64,000 nt of DNA from Patescibacteria group bacterium (GTDB taxonomy: Bacteria; Patescibacteriota; Minisyncoccia; Minisyncoccales; UBA10102). A model generated the notes under the pieces. It did no database searches. It worked only from the letters and a program-made list of their open reading frames with translations, and was not told the origin of the DNA. The first letter of the stretch is position 1; every line of letters begins with the position of its first letter. The stretch lies in contig JANBVJ010000002.1 of the NCBI GenBank assembly GCA_024239055.1, positions 67,874-131,873 on the forward strand, given 5' to 3'. Both the position numbers and the translations under genes were made by a program. Shown one piece after another: positions 39,801 through 44,975 of this stretch.

Positions 39801-40080
39801 GTGGATTGTCTATAGTGGTAGGTATTACAAGGAAAGCAGAAGTAACAATTGGATTGAAGTTGTAAGTTGCAAGTGTTAGCATTAGTTCTTGTTCTTGGTA
39901 GTATTCTGCATAAGCCGATGTAATAGGAGTCCATTCAACTCCTTCATATCCAAAAGTTACATTCGTATTCAGTAAAGTTGGAAAACCAACTGCTACGAAA
40001 AATATTATCAAAGTTAAACCGACAAAAATATTGATCTCACGAAGATCCGATCCTAGATCTCGTTTGATAATCCTCTTCAA
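24811..40080 (-). CDS. Giant mosaic surface protein (5089 aa): N-terminal anchor, LamG-like, eight insertion-bearing FN3 domains, propeller-like repeats, 3 x FN3, C-terminal anchor module
   Basis: Uninterrupted 15,270-nt ORF. The TTG at 40078-40080 is the first possible start after an in-frame TGA. TM helix INIFVGLTLIIFFVAVGFPTLL. LamG/ConA-like signature ...DELTIWNGYSLTDTDIDNMYNSG at ~37501-38163. FN3 signatures (LSWNASAGADSYRIFR ... YFYRIV). Five ~50-aa repeats at ~28550-29300. Gly-rich linker, TM helix and KKKFKKKF tail. Confidence 0.95.
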   Translation of the reverse strand: MKRIIKRDLGSDLREINIFVGLTLIIFFVAVGFPTLLNTNVTFGYEGVEWTPITSAYAEYYQEQELMLTLATYNFNPIVTSAFLVIPTTIDNPPPDPDQYFALKYGQPISLESGFVETEKPEMISLKAVNLLHQVGSWVPIAWEEEVFEVEKSVYDKFNEENDFNLGFLGDIGFIQEAEATIIYVPMDKDILGALSGAGAECIADPYPDGGAISGAGGTLLANNQADITTTPCRVAIYNQSPLFPPELIDELTSILLRFKITSGASNHDCGVRRLDGIPSTQGGLMTAGDVWHNATGGAPLWTTNLNGGICRGQTLFTVPNDIGFTASGSALADFKNRVRTNLHPDGEKVSASDFSQPDGIVSTVVNWNGFPFRAGVNRFAVADGEYTRYTINIPVNNSQGFWQMKEHTQFPTGLMDDCKFQRLGDAFNINTATSDADQGQCMVFKTINKTAIEGKQFKTTISATKSGGTGSMRAFIDVIDGRMDMETIYAGGTGVLAITKTDHPENALRSDLGTGQNHRLGIMEVDLPFTGDIQVDPLYFASSESEITIYVGLKDNSTDGSISMNITSVQIDDNELYNFTQPVVWFYEHPINDGNPTPLKKIADYGFLSLNVTLPLGLGNSLNGVDNSTAPNTGSLGSSADAEYFEGGSLSTFVVNASGIINEAVIQNGTSSGDTQGEIHLGSDASLWDFLTIGNSGSNLTSINFWLNGDVVGATQYPLISSGSNTDANSFLLYTQSGDIRLLVKEAGTNIVNGGAFNGIIPADDGQWHMVTLLLNKTDTIGYARVCVDGSGNCDIEIGLALHTGTGSTPPDPLTIGDNTHNNVASLIIENTFNVDELTIWNGYSLTDTDIDNMYNSGAGASSDGIGASFQVLDMTFDLTQAIGSFPEITNPVPENAVLSGSVTLGKSLDIDWVHDGINTTGYRIYRTSTESGDEKILYSFETLITPQTQILSELPADYTAETSWGTTFVNEIVSRITMNHVFNSTGASGILRGAIFLDADQASSDGDFTIIKNSTTFRDPSVLAIPSDSPLTFNFYGTDLINLTSSVTTEGADNIGIGVSWDKTRVGDSGTTTFRSGDGIGGLTPRIVRADVSVPFWGTTNGQDLRAEFAVVNQTKLFSPEIPFVNDTGSLDTNFTDTTTIAKNTYFYRIVPLNGDIEGDTVVILNGTQGFNLNQTALDFVVAVDTVLAQLPVTSPPDQVVNLAISHDNINGELDLTWDVTPNADEYVVQRLSTERQQVEADGFGSESNFALSTSSTNDILGDDSGFDTFDIPTQSELRTGRFDFHDPTGGQVVYGYWLNVISGGVNQLEPDVQGEVNQTGFMMSHGTRLARDCSRMQTDYEQDGWTQRSTGKWFDGNCQVEQRYLGTQLKNLTVAETANAEIIGAFRKEFTSGEGFRVLRPFAGGGSGWRFQDSTFQWFTTSGLEIKSHVMNQTFINITTTTNNFFSDTTTNNYNSYFYRIIPKNILGENGTSSIVNGTLSLPPLRVPDLNATDNGATVDLVWAEAPIKKSRELSEDPIQGYIIQRATGGNETTIYDGLSHDVEEFFLDGTGLTTSNNPKDSSDRTHAGQQLNITQAVNITRIVVKLGCAGCGSFNVEPDISGSIHFANGTQITRSINPRIAMENDLGGALGDEGFVNWVFSPPIHLEPDEYIFGYQQAGAQTCNSGDCTTSVNRSFKVYFEETGVGGGSSGWAIGEDTISGIFTSNPINGTKDKDYAMAIYAETVWETIGTTTAGDLNFTDTSPPPTNTTKAYRVLAFNDAGVSHPPTLLHNPQNTTMVGMGVPQNDFFRENAQGTLTAGTLNYGEMVTFAVAPPIIAPDPINDLTVTPVSDSIFMNWTTPTGNVTGYRIERALSNETHYGETSEGNFFFPLHWENGAGFSLPAGTSFTIFTKEDPLHIVGQAFNATSDEKITSIVTTLYEQSALPCTIGQQTLMGSIFNNDTSAWIANSTNLVDACSVSTFSGFPPFRFTFDPPVEIASGSEYVIGITKNGTALDMEVRMLVGSRHNTAVDGFEVFSDTVPFVFNNTVTTNDAFMGVGFIDFDILVADTGSLITNFTDTTCPDGTTCHYNVRGLNGIVVADESNFAIGQEPIVEGTSDIANSTSSVWQYRELDTRRLVVPHMRIANDTDGLQFQSGQAGASLGDPRGCCVMFKSFNATLINGSDISTFYKHPPIGSTDLNIRVMEGFYQADDYFRLQNNDIGSDYPPAPSLPLSGSGDVIEQDITGDSVLASVNAPTSTVLTQFTLPAGSIDYADNESDWITVFFVFEDAQSNQHLYTIHNITISKIGTWNFTNSPVEQLVGSGGAGDPFGANTWNDNDLSSNDNLFNNQQDSGIITAGAGFSPPPPPDPVTDLTAVFNEETQSIELSWNASAGADSYRIFRTSTETADEVIEYQETAGGTPQNISMQGSSGDFDAILQRGDFFNGWIVDRWEGLVISRFEGGSGGNRCSENSAIGGFTTGSLFNDGMLTISSDNSTIANSTTIILPEDWGTNNALTWYYRGSDLLNITNGVNIDNARKLGIGISWWEGTSGTLNCDSRANVGEGGNSFWDFLTQIWTSNVANNDMLFTIAVINNTKLSADPEVDDTGSTATTFSDTNIDEASPVVGNTYFYRIVGLNALLEQGGFSNTVNATAVNATLTPPPTNVTAVQIGNDITINWTKEITADGYKILRKATNDTTSKVKGEDLPNDYLKLNDKPVGDVEIGGVRNQGTVTFNDFTCGGAQPCGRAQNFTMGNQDFTLDKIRLKIVGTSWSGGNSVLKVAVFNGSSASLNEILENSTDIFTSTIGSNPFPSGNFHDFEFDDFVLLANKTYMVGAYTNGSIVGTIQMYRDDTGFGFTSYATNFDNGELVTENGGDLTAWTRFNTLNLQIDLIGDQFEEIATLGDVDTFTDVLTSEDEGNLFFYKVQSLTGSTEGNVSSIVNQTAPLISGSDLFNSTSKIWQFREHDLEESILEGASGAGCLNNCGSGGKFPNANVSIGAQEGRTTADNGEPLPTDLLNINTGLSATGGDAENNDRGAGIIHFFKIFNLTEITDSSIEIAWQQEANGGVQSVGLTSVATLAVYDGIINKDSGFNFAHDIPVLSNVDGVRTSLSGLTLSGIEGASVGAGIGDFNMTIQTLNASSINWGSFNSSFATVVVSMRDPDSSPVGSNAGAYELFIANITVSKIGTWNFTNPQIIYTVEGNRQGAGDVCPKTCMDLQKGFIAERGFVNTTSFSLPQPPAQVTGLTVVQNMNNNATLDWDDIPDTDNYQVFRTDGSQWTIKEHTSFATSANNARYGYTISPNGTLLSNNADETGIEGNLGLLSFGEGYVLKTFTKSFIENKDIILEHQSYCGNVDCLVHGRLSIEVLNGDVESNIPTVFPTDLPRVATQLGIANAPVVPVTSIGIQNVTLDETGIDLSSADDIVTVLIRHSDQSVSVSTQHEIYRLFIGNASAGQTETIYDFSNPNINFTDLFEVGIFGNPQATLNNQNGTVVIGNGTVLIGSPVASEFTDTTISPITNLLNYTVRANNTNGFGINSTIVEFGLIQPITGLNATALNSTAINISWDQARTIHPSDPLTGVIIQRSQQIGIWNLTSGNDQNPTNHTSSYNVGAGLYITPDGTEMFVPDVLTDTVNKFSLTTPFEVSTAVSTQNSTDLSSTLGSKVAQITDVHFKLDGTKMFILESGNTDIYEYTLSTPFDLSTLAFNAEFTTLPTFIQGIWITEDGSRLYAPKSDNDRLFQFDLTTAWDITTLSQVADVPYLPSTGVFDVAVRSDGKFLGLLDIGGGLNDSVDGRNMTTAFDITTMITTGVGINVGQGGLFAPEPRSLWIPQSGSAVYVDEVADDEIFQFDMDTSLKVFGDFINVTTVDELITEFNDTGLIQNTTFIYRAKGQSAVSTGAFDLIVNATTDVGGVNSTQTETDVVTVLDERRNVIDKVIRNVEIFSGGGGATIFADNFTSYTTQGEADGNWTTTDTARVRVNISNDELDFSVPTSVTTNDGIAFDLGVALQADSKLALRYKLDIQTYSINSDATALEMHIGLSDSDETVVQSAIQDWIGLGLQTASNTEDYQVVASDGGFPSGGSSTLATFTRNLTQELIYVEMIRNSTTSLTINLFSDASFNTLLESQTVTIPAGITDLQYLKVMVKNSDGTANGDIIGIVDDIYLVEYDFFDNFETDNFTTMSGTRVSVDTVSRFMDWDSSGTGTYNQGEFVDPIGTTLDTEDWLLRAKLNITALSAGSDTTGNDLFIGFGDSNTLLPNQGQDFIGFRLSHNNPDGIIRVIASDGTVINTGATQGEVFTTNVDDLGINDVYLQVQRGVPNSTAVTATIFSDPLFLSPIESVEEVIEAGTTGIRYLKVMVSNRDGTGDSTYEGTIDDITFLNGGAGNVTLTFFTGDLVSSNDVVVITPPTIPEGITDLSASTVLNTCELSWSAPVTTSAINGYRIFRQVDGGGFTTLISNTTNIITTHNDTGLLMNILYEYDVRAGSRLGFANVTSNIESCLPVISGVPDAPSLVDVNEEPNGDVTIDWTEPAGSPTGYKIERKVGAGGFLVLIANTGNSLVTFTDTTTTPATQFTYRISGINAFGTGAFSNEGSITTASPPNAPLLSGAQNGDQIDISWTTPASANPITGYKIDRRINFGGFTTLIANTTTPNVLNFSDSNVTKPDTFGYRIRALSSAGEGTVSNVVDIIFGSHLIVKVREQDGSFFKGGGIVEGVNSTFNLLVGLDVNSNAIFDNLAVGNFNFTFTDADDFILNKTFNFPAPAGNDTSEFTINALVFDVDCPTNGAGTDIRIKVNYTDAKDITEFPSTPVCDSTDQVSWSTRWQGSAVNDTSTMVADFISTIFKANAEQFLASADVVPTSYNSGLNKITSETYVVNMTDVTINFNLFLGRAPAGGGGGGSGSQPTPQITIPDPEVVFAQRLTGLSILSRTHQFAQAGQVIEGSITVQWEGEDNLIVKGITLPDSDLDIRFDLPPFPLVQRLEGTGEFAMSSADIPYTIVLPPSECNADLGITINCFDPILHTLPLEFRFGLGDQEYVASTEVFVDGRPIPLDIVQLQIILLFMVLIASAVFGNFIRRRVKGGRRRQTRVKKKFKKKFDSS

Positions 40081-40175
40081 GTTATCAAATATTCAACGAA
40101 TCAGGTTGATTTACGCTTAGTATCTTAATAGTTTACCAAGTTGTTAAGATCCGGTAATGATCTCAGGCATGGATT

Positions 40176-40421
40176 TTAGGATCTTGCTCGCTTACGTTTC
40201 TCTTTGTATAAAAACACGAATGCAATAAACGAAATTACCATGATTGTTAATAGAGGAATCGTTGCTGGTGAATTTGGGAATTCAGATTCAGTCTGAACTA
40301 GATTTGCTGGTATTTCTGTTATTCCTGATTCTAAGACTCCTGCCCAAATTGGGATAATTATGATTAGAAATATTAGGAATAGTCCTGCTCCACCAAAAAA
40401 TCTTGCGTTAAATTTTGCCAT
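40176..40421 (-). CDS. Two-pass membrane protein (81 aa) with basic tail
   Basis: MAKFNARFFGGAGLFLIFLIIIIPIW ... LLTIMVISFIAFVFLYKEKRKRARS. Sits between the paralog array and the giant gene. Confidence 0.6.
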   Translation of the reverse strand: MAKFNARFFGGAGLFLIFLIIIIPIWAGVLESGITEIPANLVQTESEFPNSPATIPLLTIMVISFIAFVFLYKEKRKRARS

Positions 40422-40427
40422 TTATCA

Positions 40428-41849
40428 TCACTTTGGGAAATTGCATACTATGAAAGTTGAACCTGTCACAAATGGAACATAGAAATCCCATGCTACAGGT
40501 CTTATTGTATTAGTTACTGAACCTGTTACTCTATTATAATCAACTGCCTGATCAAGAAAACATGAGTATGCATAATTCTTTTGTGATTTTGGTGTCATAA
40601 ATCCAAAGTCTCCGTAAGGACTTGTTAATGAATAGTTTGCGTTTCTAAACAATAATTCATCTATTACAACTCCTGTACCTGCTCCTGCATTAATTATCAA
40701 ATCGTTTGCATCAAATAATTTTATTGAACTTACTGATGGTGCTGGATGACTTGCAATAGTAATGGAACCTAAATTACAACCTGTTCCTCTATATCCAGTT
40801 CTTCCCGATAAAGTAGGACATGTTGGACATGTAGGATCAACACAAGTATATGATGCTGATTGAAATCTTGCAATTGATGTTACTTTGAATGAATCATCTT
40901 GTGGATAAGATCTAATTTGGTTTCCTTCTGTGTCTGTTATGAATATTTGAATGTCATCACGAAATATATCAACTGAGAATAATGTTTGGTTAGTTAATCC
41001 ATTTCTTTGTAATTCTTGACCAACACATGGAGATGTTATACATACAATATTTTCTTTAACTGATAAATCCAAACTTTTAACAATAAATGATACTTTTGTG
41101 ATCGCTTCATTAACAAATTTATCAAAGTGTGCATTAAAATCAAATGTTAAATTATCTGAAAGTATTTCAAGTGGAAGTGGTGTGAATTGTAATTTTAATT
41201 CACCATTTTGATCTGTTAATCCGTTTCCAGAAATTCTTGCATCAGTTGGAAATATTTCTAAGTCACCAACTTTTATGTTAAATGTTCCATCAGCATTGAT
41301 CTGTGTGTCTGGATCTGTTTTTAAATTCAAATCAAGTTCAATAAATCCATTTCTGAAATCAATATCTGTTGTTTCTTCAACAAAAAGTGATGCAAATGGT
41401 ATATCAAAAGCAAATGTTTCATTGAATCTTTGTAATGTGCTGTCAATTTTAACTACATCTGCTTCAACTTGAATTACTTTTGCTGTTCCACAAAATAAGT
41501 TTAGTTCATCACAAATTTGTTCAATTGGTGGATCATCTGATGTTTCTGTCATGTTAATCATTGGATCATTAACTGGATCAACTACTGGTGGTTCATCTGG
41601 TAGACAGTTTATTCTTGGTGGATTATTTGTACCATCTTCTATTACATCATCAATACAATCTGGATCTGTTGGATCAATAATTGGTGGTACTGGTATTGGT
41701 ACTTCAAACGGATCTGTATCAATTTCTTGTGGTGCAATATTATCCAAGTCAACATTAAAAACAAATAACATAACCGGAACAATCACTGCGATCAATACTC
41801 CAATTCCAAATACTGCAATTACAATTCTGCTGATTCCTTTTTTAGCCAT
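40428..41849 (-). CDS. N-anchored secreted protein, paralog family member 1 (473 aa, ends CNFPK)
   Basis: MAKKG + TM, Pro/Asp-rich linker, FVEETTDIDFRNGF, DQNGELKLQF, FSVDIFRDD, PKSQKNYAYSC, C-terminal CNFPK. All are shared with 41856-43307 and 43314-44975. Confidence 0.9.
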   Translation of the reverse strand: MAKKGISRIVIAVFGIGVLIAVIVPVMLFVFNVDLDNIAPQEIDTDPFEVPIPVPPIIDPTDPDCIDDVIEDGTNNPPRINCLPDEPPVVDPVNDPMINMTETSDDPPIEQICDELNLFCGTAKVIQVEADVVKIDSTLQRFNETFAFDIPFASLFVEETTDIDFRNGFIELDLNLKTDPDTQINADGTFNIKVGDLEIFPTDARISGNGLTDQNGELKLQFTPLPLEILSDNLTFDFNAHFDKFVNEAITKVSFIVKSLDLSVKENIVCITSPCVGQELQRNGLTNQTLFSVDIFRDDIQIFITDTEGNQIRSYPQDDSFKVTSIARFQSASYTCVDPTCPTCPTLSGRTGYRGTGCNLGSITIASHPAPSVSSIKLFDANDLIINAGAGTGVVIDELLFRNANYSLTSPYGDFGFMTPKSQKNYAYSCFLDQAVDYNRVTGSVTNTIRPVAWDFYVPFVTGSTFIVCNFPK

Positions 41850-41855
41850 TAATCA

Positions 41856-43307
41856 TCACTTTGGGAAATTACATGTCAAATATGGAAGTCCTGATGGTCT
41901 TAGACATTTACTACAAAATCCTGATCCTACTGGTGCTGATGCTTGTGCTATAGTACAGCGATAAGAGAAATTTTTTTGTTCTTCTGGTGCAGTAAATGTA
42001 AATGATCCGGCAGGTAAACTTCCTGCTGTACTTGTTACTTTACCATAATTTACTGTGTAAGTATCATTTCTTGTTATCAAATCCTTTACTATAAAATTTG
42101 TAAATGGTGCTAGATTTTGTAAAACTAAATCTCCGTTTGAATTTTTTACTTCAAGACTTGCAATTGTTGGTGATCCCAAAGAAAAATAACTAACTCTTGT
42201 CATCCAACACGCATATCTCATGTGTTTATAGCATGAACTAACTCTTACAGATCCACTTTGAGCACCAATATTCAATTGATCATCAGTAGGAAATACTCTA
42301 ACAGGTAGACCTTCTTGGTTTACTATTAGAATTAGGTTTTGATCTCTAAAGAAATCAAAGGTAAATACAGGTAGACCTTGTGCAGAATAGTCTACCTCAA
42401 ATGCTTTTGCATTTAGTTCAAGAATTCTGAATTCCAGTGGTGTTATTCCAGTAGTTTGAATCATTGGAGTTAATGGTGGAACGTTTAGTAGAAAATCTTG
42501 TGATGTTGCACCAGTTGGACTAACGAAATTAATTATTAATTCACCATTTTGATCGGTTGTTCCTGAAAATGAAAGTGTAATTGGTGATTGATTTAATGTT
42601 TGATTATCTAGAAAAACATCATAAAGTCCATCCCCTTCAACAAAGATGTTTGGGTCTGTTTTTATTTTTAATACTGTTACAAATCTACCTTCACTGAAAT
42701 CCTTGTTTGATGTATCTTCAACAAATAATGCTAATGGGAGTAATTGAAACTCGCTTGTCACAGTTTCTTCTGTTAGATCGGTAAAAATTTTTGTAACTTC
42801 TGTTATTACTGCCATATCAACTAACATCGGAGTTAATTCTTCTGGATCTTCTTCTGGTGGTAAAATTTCAGTTACATTATCTCCTATTAATGGATCAGTT
42901 GTATCTGTTTGATTTTGCAACATTTCTAATTCCATGAATTGATCTTCATCGATTAGAATATCATCTGGATCACCAAGTCCAATCTCACCATTTGGATCTT
43001 CTATTACAAGTTCTTGTATCGGTTCATCAAAAGGAATTGTAAATAAATCTGCACCTTCAACTGGTTCTGTTCCACCAAAAATATATTCATCTACAAGAAC
43101 TCCTAAACCTTCACTATCATTTAGATCTATTATTGTACAAAAAAGTGGTGTCAATTCACCATAAAGAAAATCATTTACATTTGTTGTATCCATTGGAACT
43201 CCTTGTTTTAGAGTACAACTGTAAAAATCAATTATCGTAAACCCACCTAATGCTATTAATGCTATAACTACAATCTTTTTCATTGTTAAAAATTTTTTCT
43301 TAGCCAT
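41856..43307 (-). CDS. N-anchored secreted protein, paralog family member 2 (483 aa, ends CNFPK)
   Basis: MAKKK + TM, acidic linker, FVEDTSNKDFSEGR, DQNGELIINF, FTFDFFRDQ, PEEQKNFSYRC, CNFPK. Confidence 0.9.
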   Translation of the reverse strand: MAKKKFLTMKKIVVIALIALGGFTIIDFYSCTLKQGVPMDTTNVNDFLYGELTPLFCTIIDLNDSEGLGVLVDEYIFGGTEPVEGADLFTIPFDEPIQELVIEDPNGEIGLGDPDDILIDEDQFMELEMLQNQTDTTDPLIGDNVTEILPPEEDPEELTPMLVDMAVITEVTKIFTDLTEETVTSEFQLLPLALFVEDTSNKDFSEGRFVTVLKIKTDPNIFVEGDGLYDVFLDNQTLNQSPITLSFSGTTDQNGELIINFVSPTGATSQDFLLNVPPLTPMIQTTGITPLEFRILELNAKAFEVDYSAQGLPVFTFDFFRDQNLILIVNQEGLPVRVFPTDDQLNIGAQSGSVRVSSCYKHMRYACWMTRVSYFSLGSPTIASLEVKNSNGDLVLQNLAPFTNFIVKDLITRNDTYTVNYGKVTSTAGSLPAGSFTFTAPEEQKNFSYRCTIAQASAPVGSGFCSKCLRPSGLPYLTCNFPK

Positions 43308-43313
43308 TAATCA

Positions 43314-44975
43314 TCAATTCGGGAAATCACATGTTACCTTTGTTACAATAAATGAATCTGGTACTAGAGTATGTCTAAAATATATACCATCTGATGTACA
43401 TTTCACACAGATTTCACCACTTTCATATTCCACTCTTTTGTAAGTCACTTTGTATTCGTTTGTACAAGTATAAGATTGAGTTTGTTGGGACTTTGGGAAT
43501 GAAAGATCAGTTGATAGTGAAGGTGAAGCAATTGTTAATGTGTAATTAGTATTTCTTGGTAATAGTTCATTAAGTACCTCTCCTTGACCACCAGCAAATG
43601 ATTGTAGCAGATTTCCACTATCATCTAATAGATTTAACCCAATCACTCTTGCTGTATCAGTATCAAAAGTAATAGTCGTAATATTTGCGATACAACTATC
43701 TGGATTATTAGGTGAAGAGTTACTTCCTCTATTGAGTGTTACTTTACAATCTGGACAATCAGAAATTTTTTTTTCATATAAGAGACACGTTGTTCCTGTA
43801 ACTGCTGTTGTAGCACCAGTGACTTTTAAGACTGAATCTGTTGGAAATATCCTTTCTGTTCCACCACTTTCATCATCAATTATTATTAGATTTGGATCTT
43901 TTGCAATGTCCATACTAAACAAAACATTTTTTGTTCCTTGAAAATTTTGAACTGAATCTACTGTAAAGTCTGAATTAATTAAAACAAACTCCAAAGTTGA
44001 TATTCCATCTGGAAATTTGTCAAAGTTTTCTTCAAATGAGAATGTAAATGATGGTGATCTAAGCCCTATGCTTGAAACAAACTCTGCACCTACACCTGTA
44101 TTAAAATGAGTAAAAGAACATCCTGTATCATCACCACAAAAAATTGCTGGAACTGGACAAATAGTTGTGCATTCTACTCCATCTACGTCAAAAGTTATTT
44201 GATCTGTAAGAACAGATTCACCATTTATTAAAATATCAAAGTCTGCTGTACCAATAATTTGTGGATCATCTGATCTAAAAGATGCTTTAGTTTGAATTTC
44301 TAGAAAACCTTTAGAGAAATCAATGTTAGACACATCTTCAACAAAAAATGATAATGCAGGAATTTGTGAAATTTCAGTTGTAAAAGTTTTGTTGCCTTGA
44401 GTATCAATTTTAGTAATTAGTGATGAAAGTACAACTGTATTGGTTCCTATTGGTGGTACAATAATTATGTCAATACAATCTATTTCATCACATATTTGTA
44501 CAGGTGGTGGATCAATTGATGTATCTGTATTATTAAGATCAGGTGGTGGTAATATTTCTTCAATTTCCTTTTCTAATGCTTCAATTCTTTCTATTGCATT
44601 TTGTAATAATTGCTCAGTAAGAACTCCTTTTTGAGCATCTTGTAATAATTCATCACAAACCCCAACAAAGTCTGGATCAAGTTCGAGTTCTAAACATATT
44701 CGTGCAAATTCTAAATCTTCGGTTGATATTTTTCTAATTTCATCTATTATCTTTTGAATTTGTTGTATTTCACTTTGAGTTATAACAGGTACAGGTATTT
44801 CAAAGCCATCAGGAACTTGTGGTACAATATCAATTCCTAATGCATTTGCATACACTTCTCCAACTATTGGTACTTCAATTCCTGCAAAGAGAAGTAACAA
44901 TGGAGTTAGTATAACAATTGTTAACCCAACTCCTGCTATTAGAGGAGTTTTAATTGCAGATTTTTTTTTAGCCAT
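43314..44975 (-). CDS. N-anchored secreted protein, paralog family member 3 (553 aa, ends CDFPN)
   Basis: MAKKK + TM, helical/acidic linker, FVEDVSNIDFSKGF, FSMDIAKDP, PKSQQTQSYTC, CDFPN. Confidence 0.9.
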   Translation of the reverse strand: MAKKKSAIKTPLIAGVGLTIVILTPLLLLFAGIEVPIVGEVYANALGIDIVPQVPDGFEIPVPVITQSEIQQIQKIIDEIRKISTEDLEFARICLELELDPDFVGVCDELLQDAQKGVLTEQLLQNAIERIEALEKEIEEILPPPDLNNTDTSIDPPPVQICDEIDCIDIIIVPPIGTNTVVLSSLITKIDTQGNKTFTTEISQIPALSFFVEDVSNIDFSKGFLEIQTKASFRSDDPQIIGTADFDILINGESVLTDQITFDVDGVECTTICPVPAIFCGDDTGCSFTHFNTGVGAEFVSSIGLRSPSFTFSFEENFDKFPDGISTLEFVLINSDFTVDSVQNFQGTKNVLFSMDIAKDPNLIIIDDESGGTERIFPTDSVLKVTGATTAVTGTTCLLYEKKISDCPDCKVTLNRGSNSSPNNPDSCIANITTITFDTDTARVIGLNLLDDSGNLLQSFAGGQGEVLNELLPRNTNYTLTIASPSLSTDLSFPKSQQTQSYTCTNEYKVTYKRVEYESGEICVKCTSDGIYFRHTLVPDSFIVTKVTCDFPN

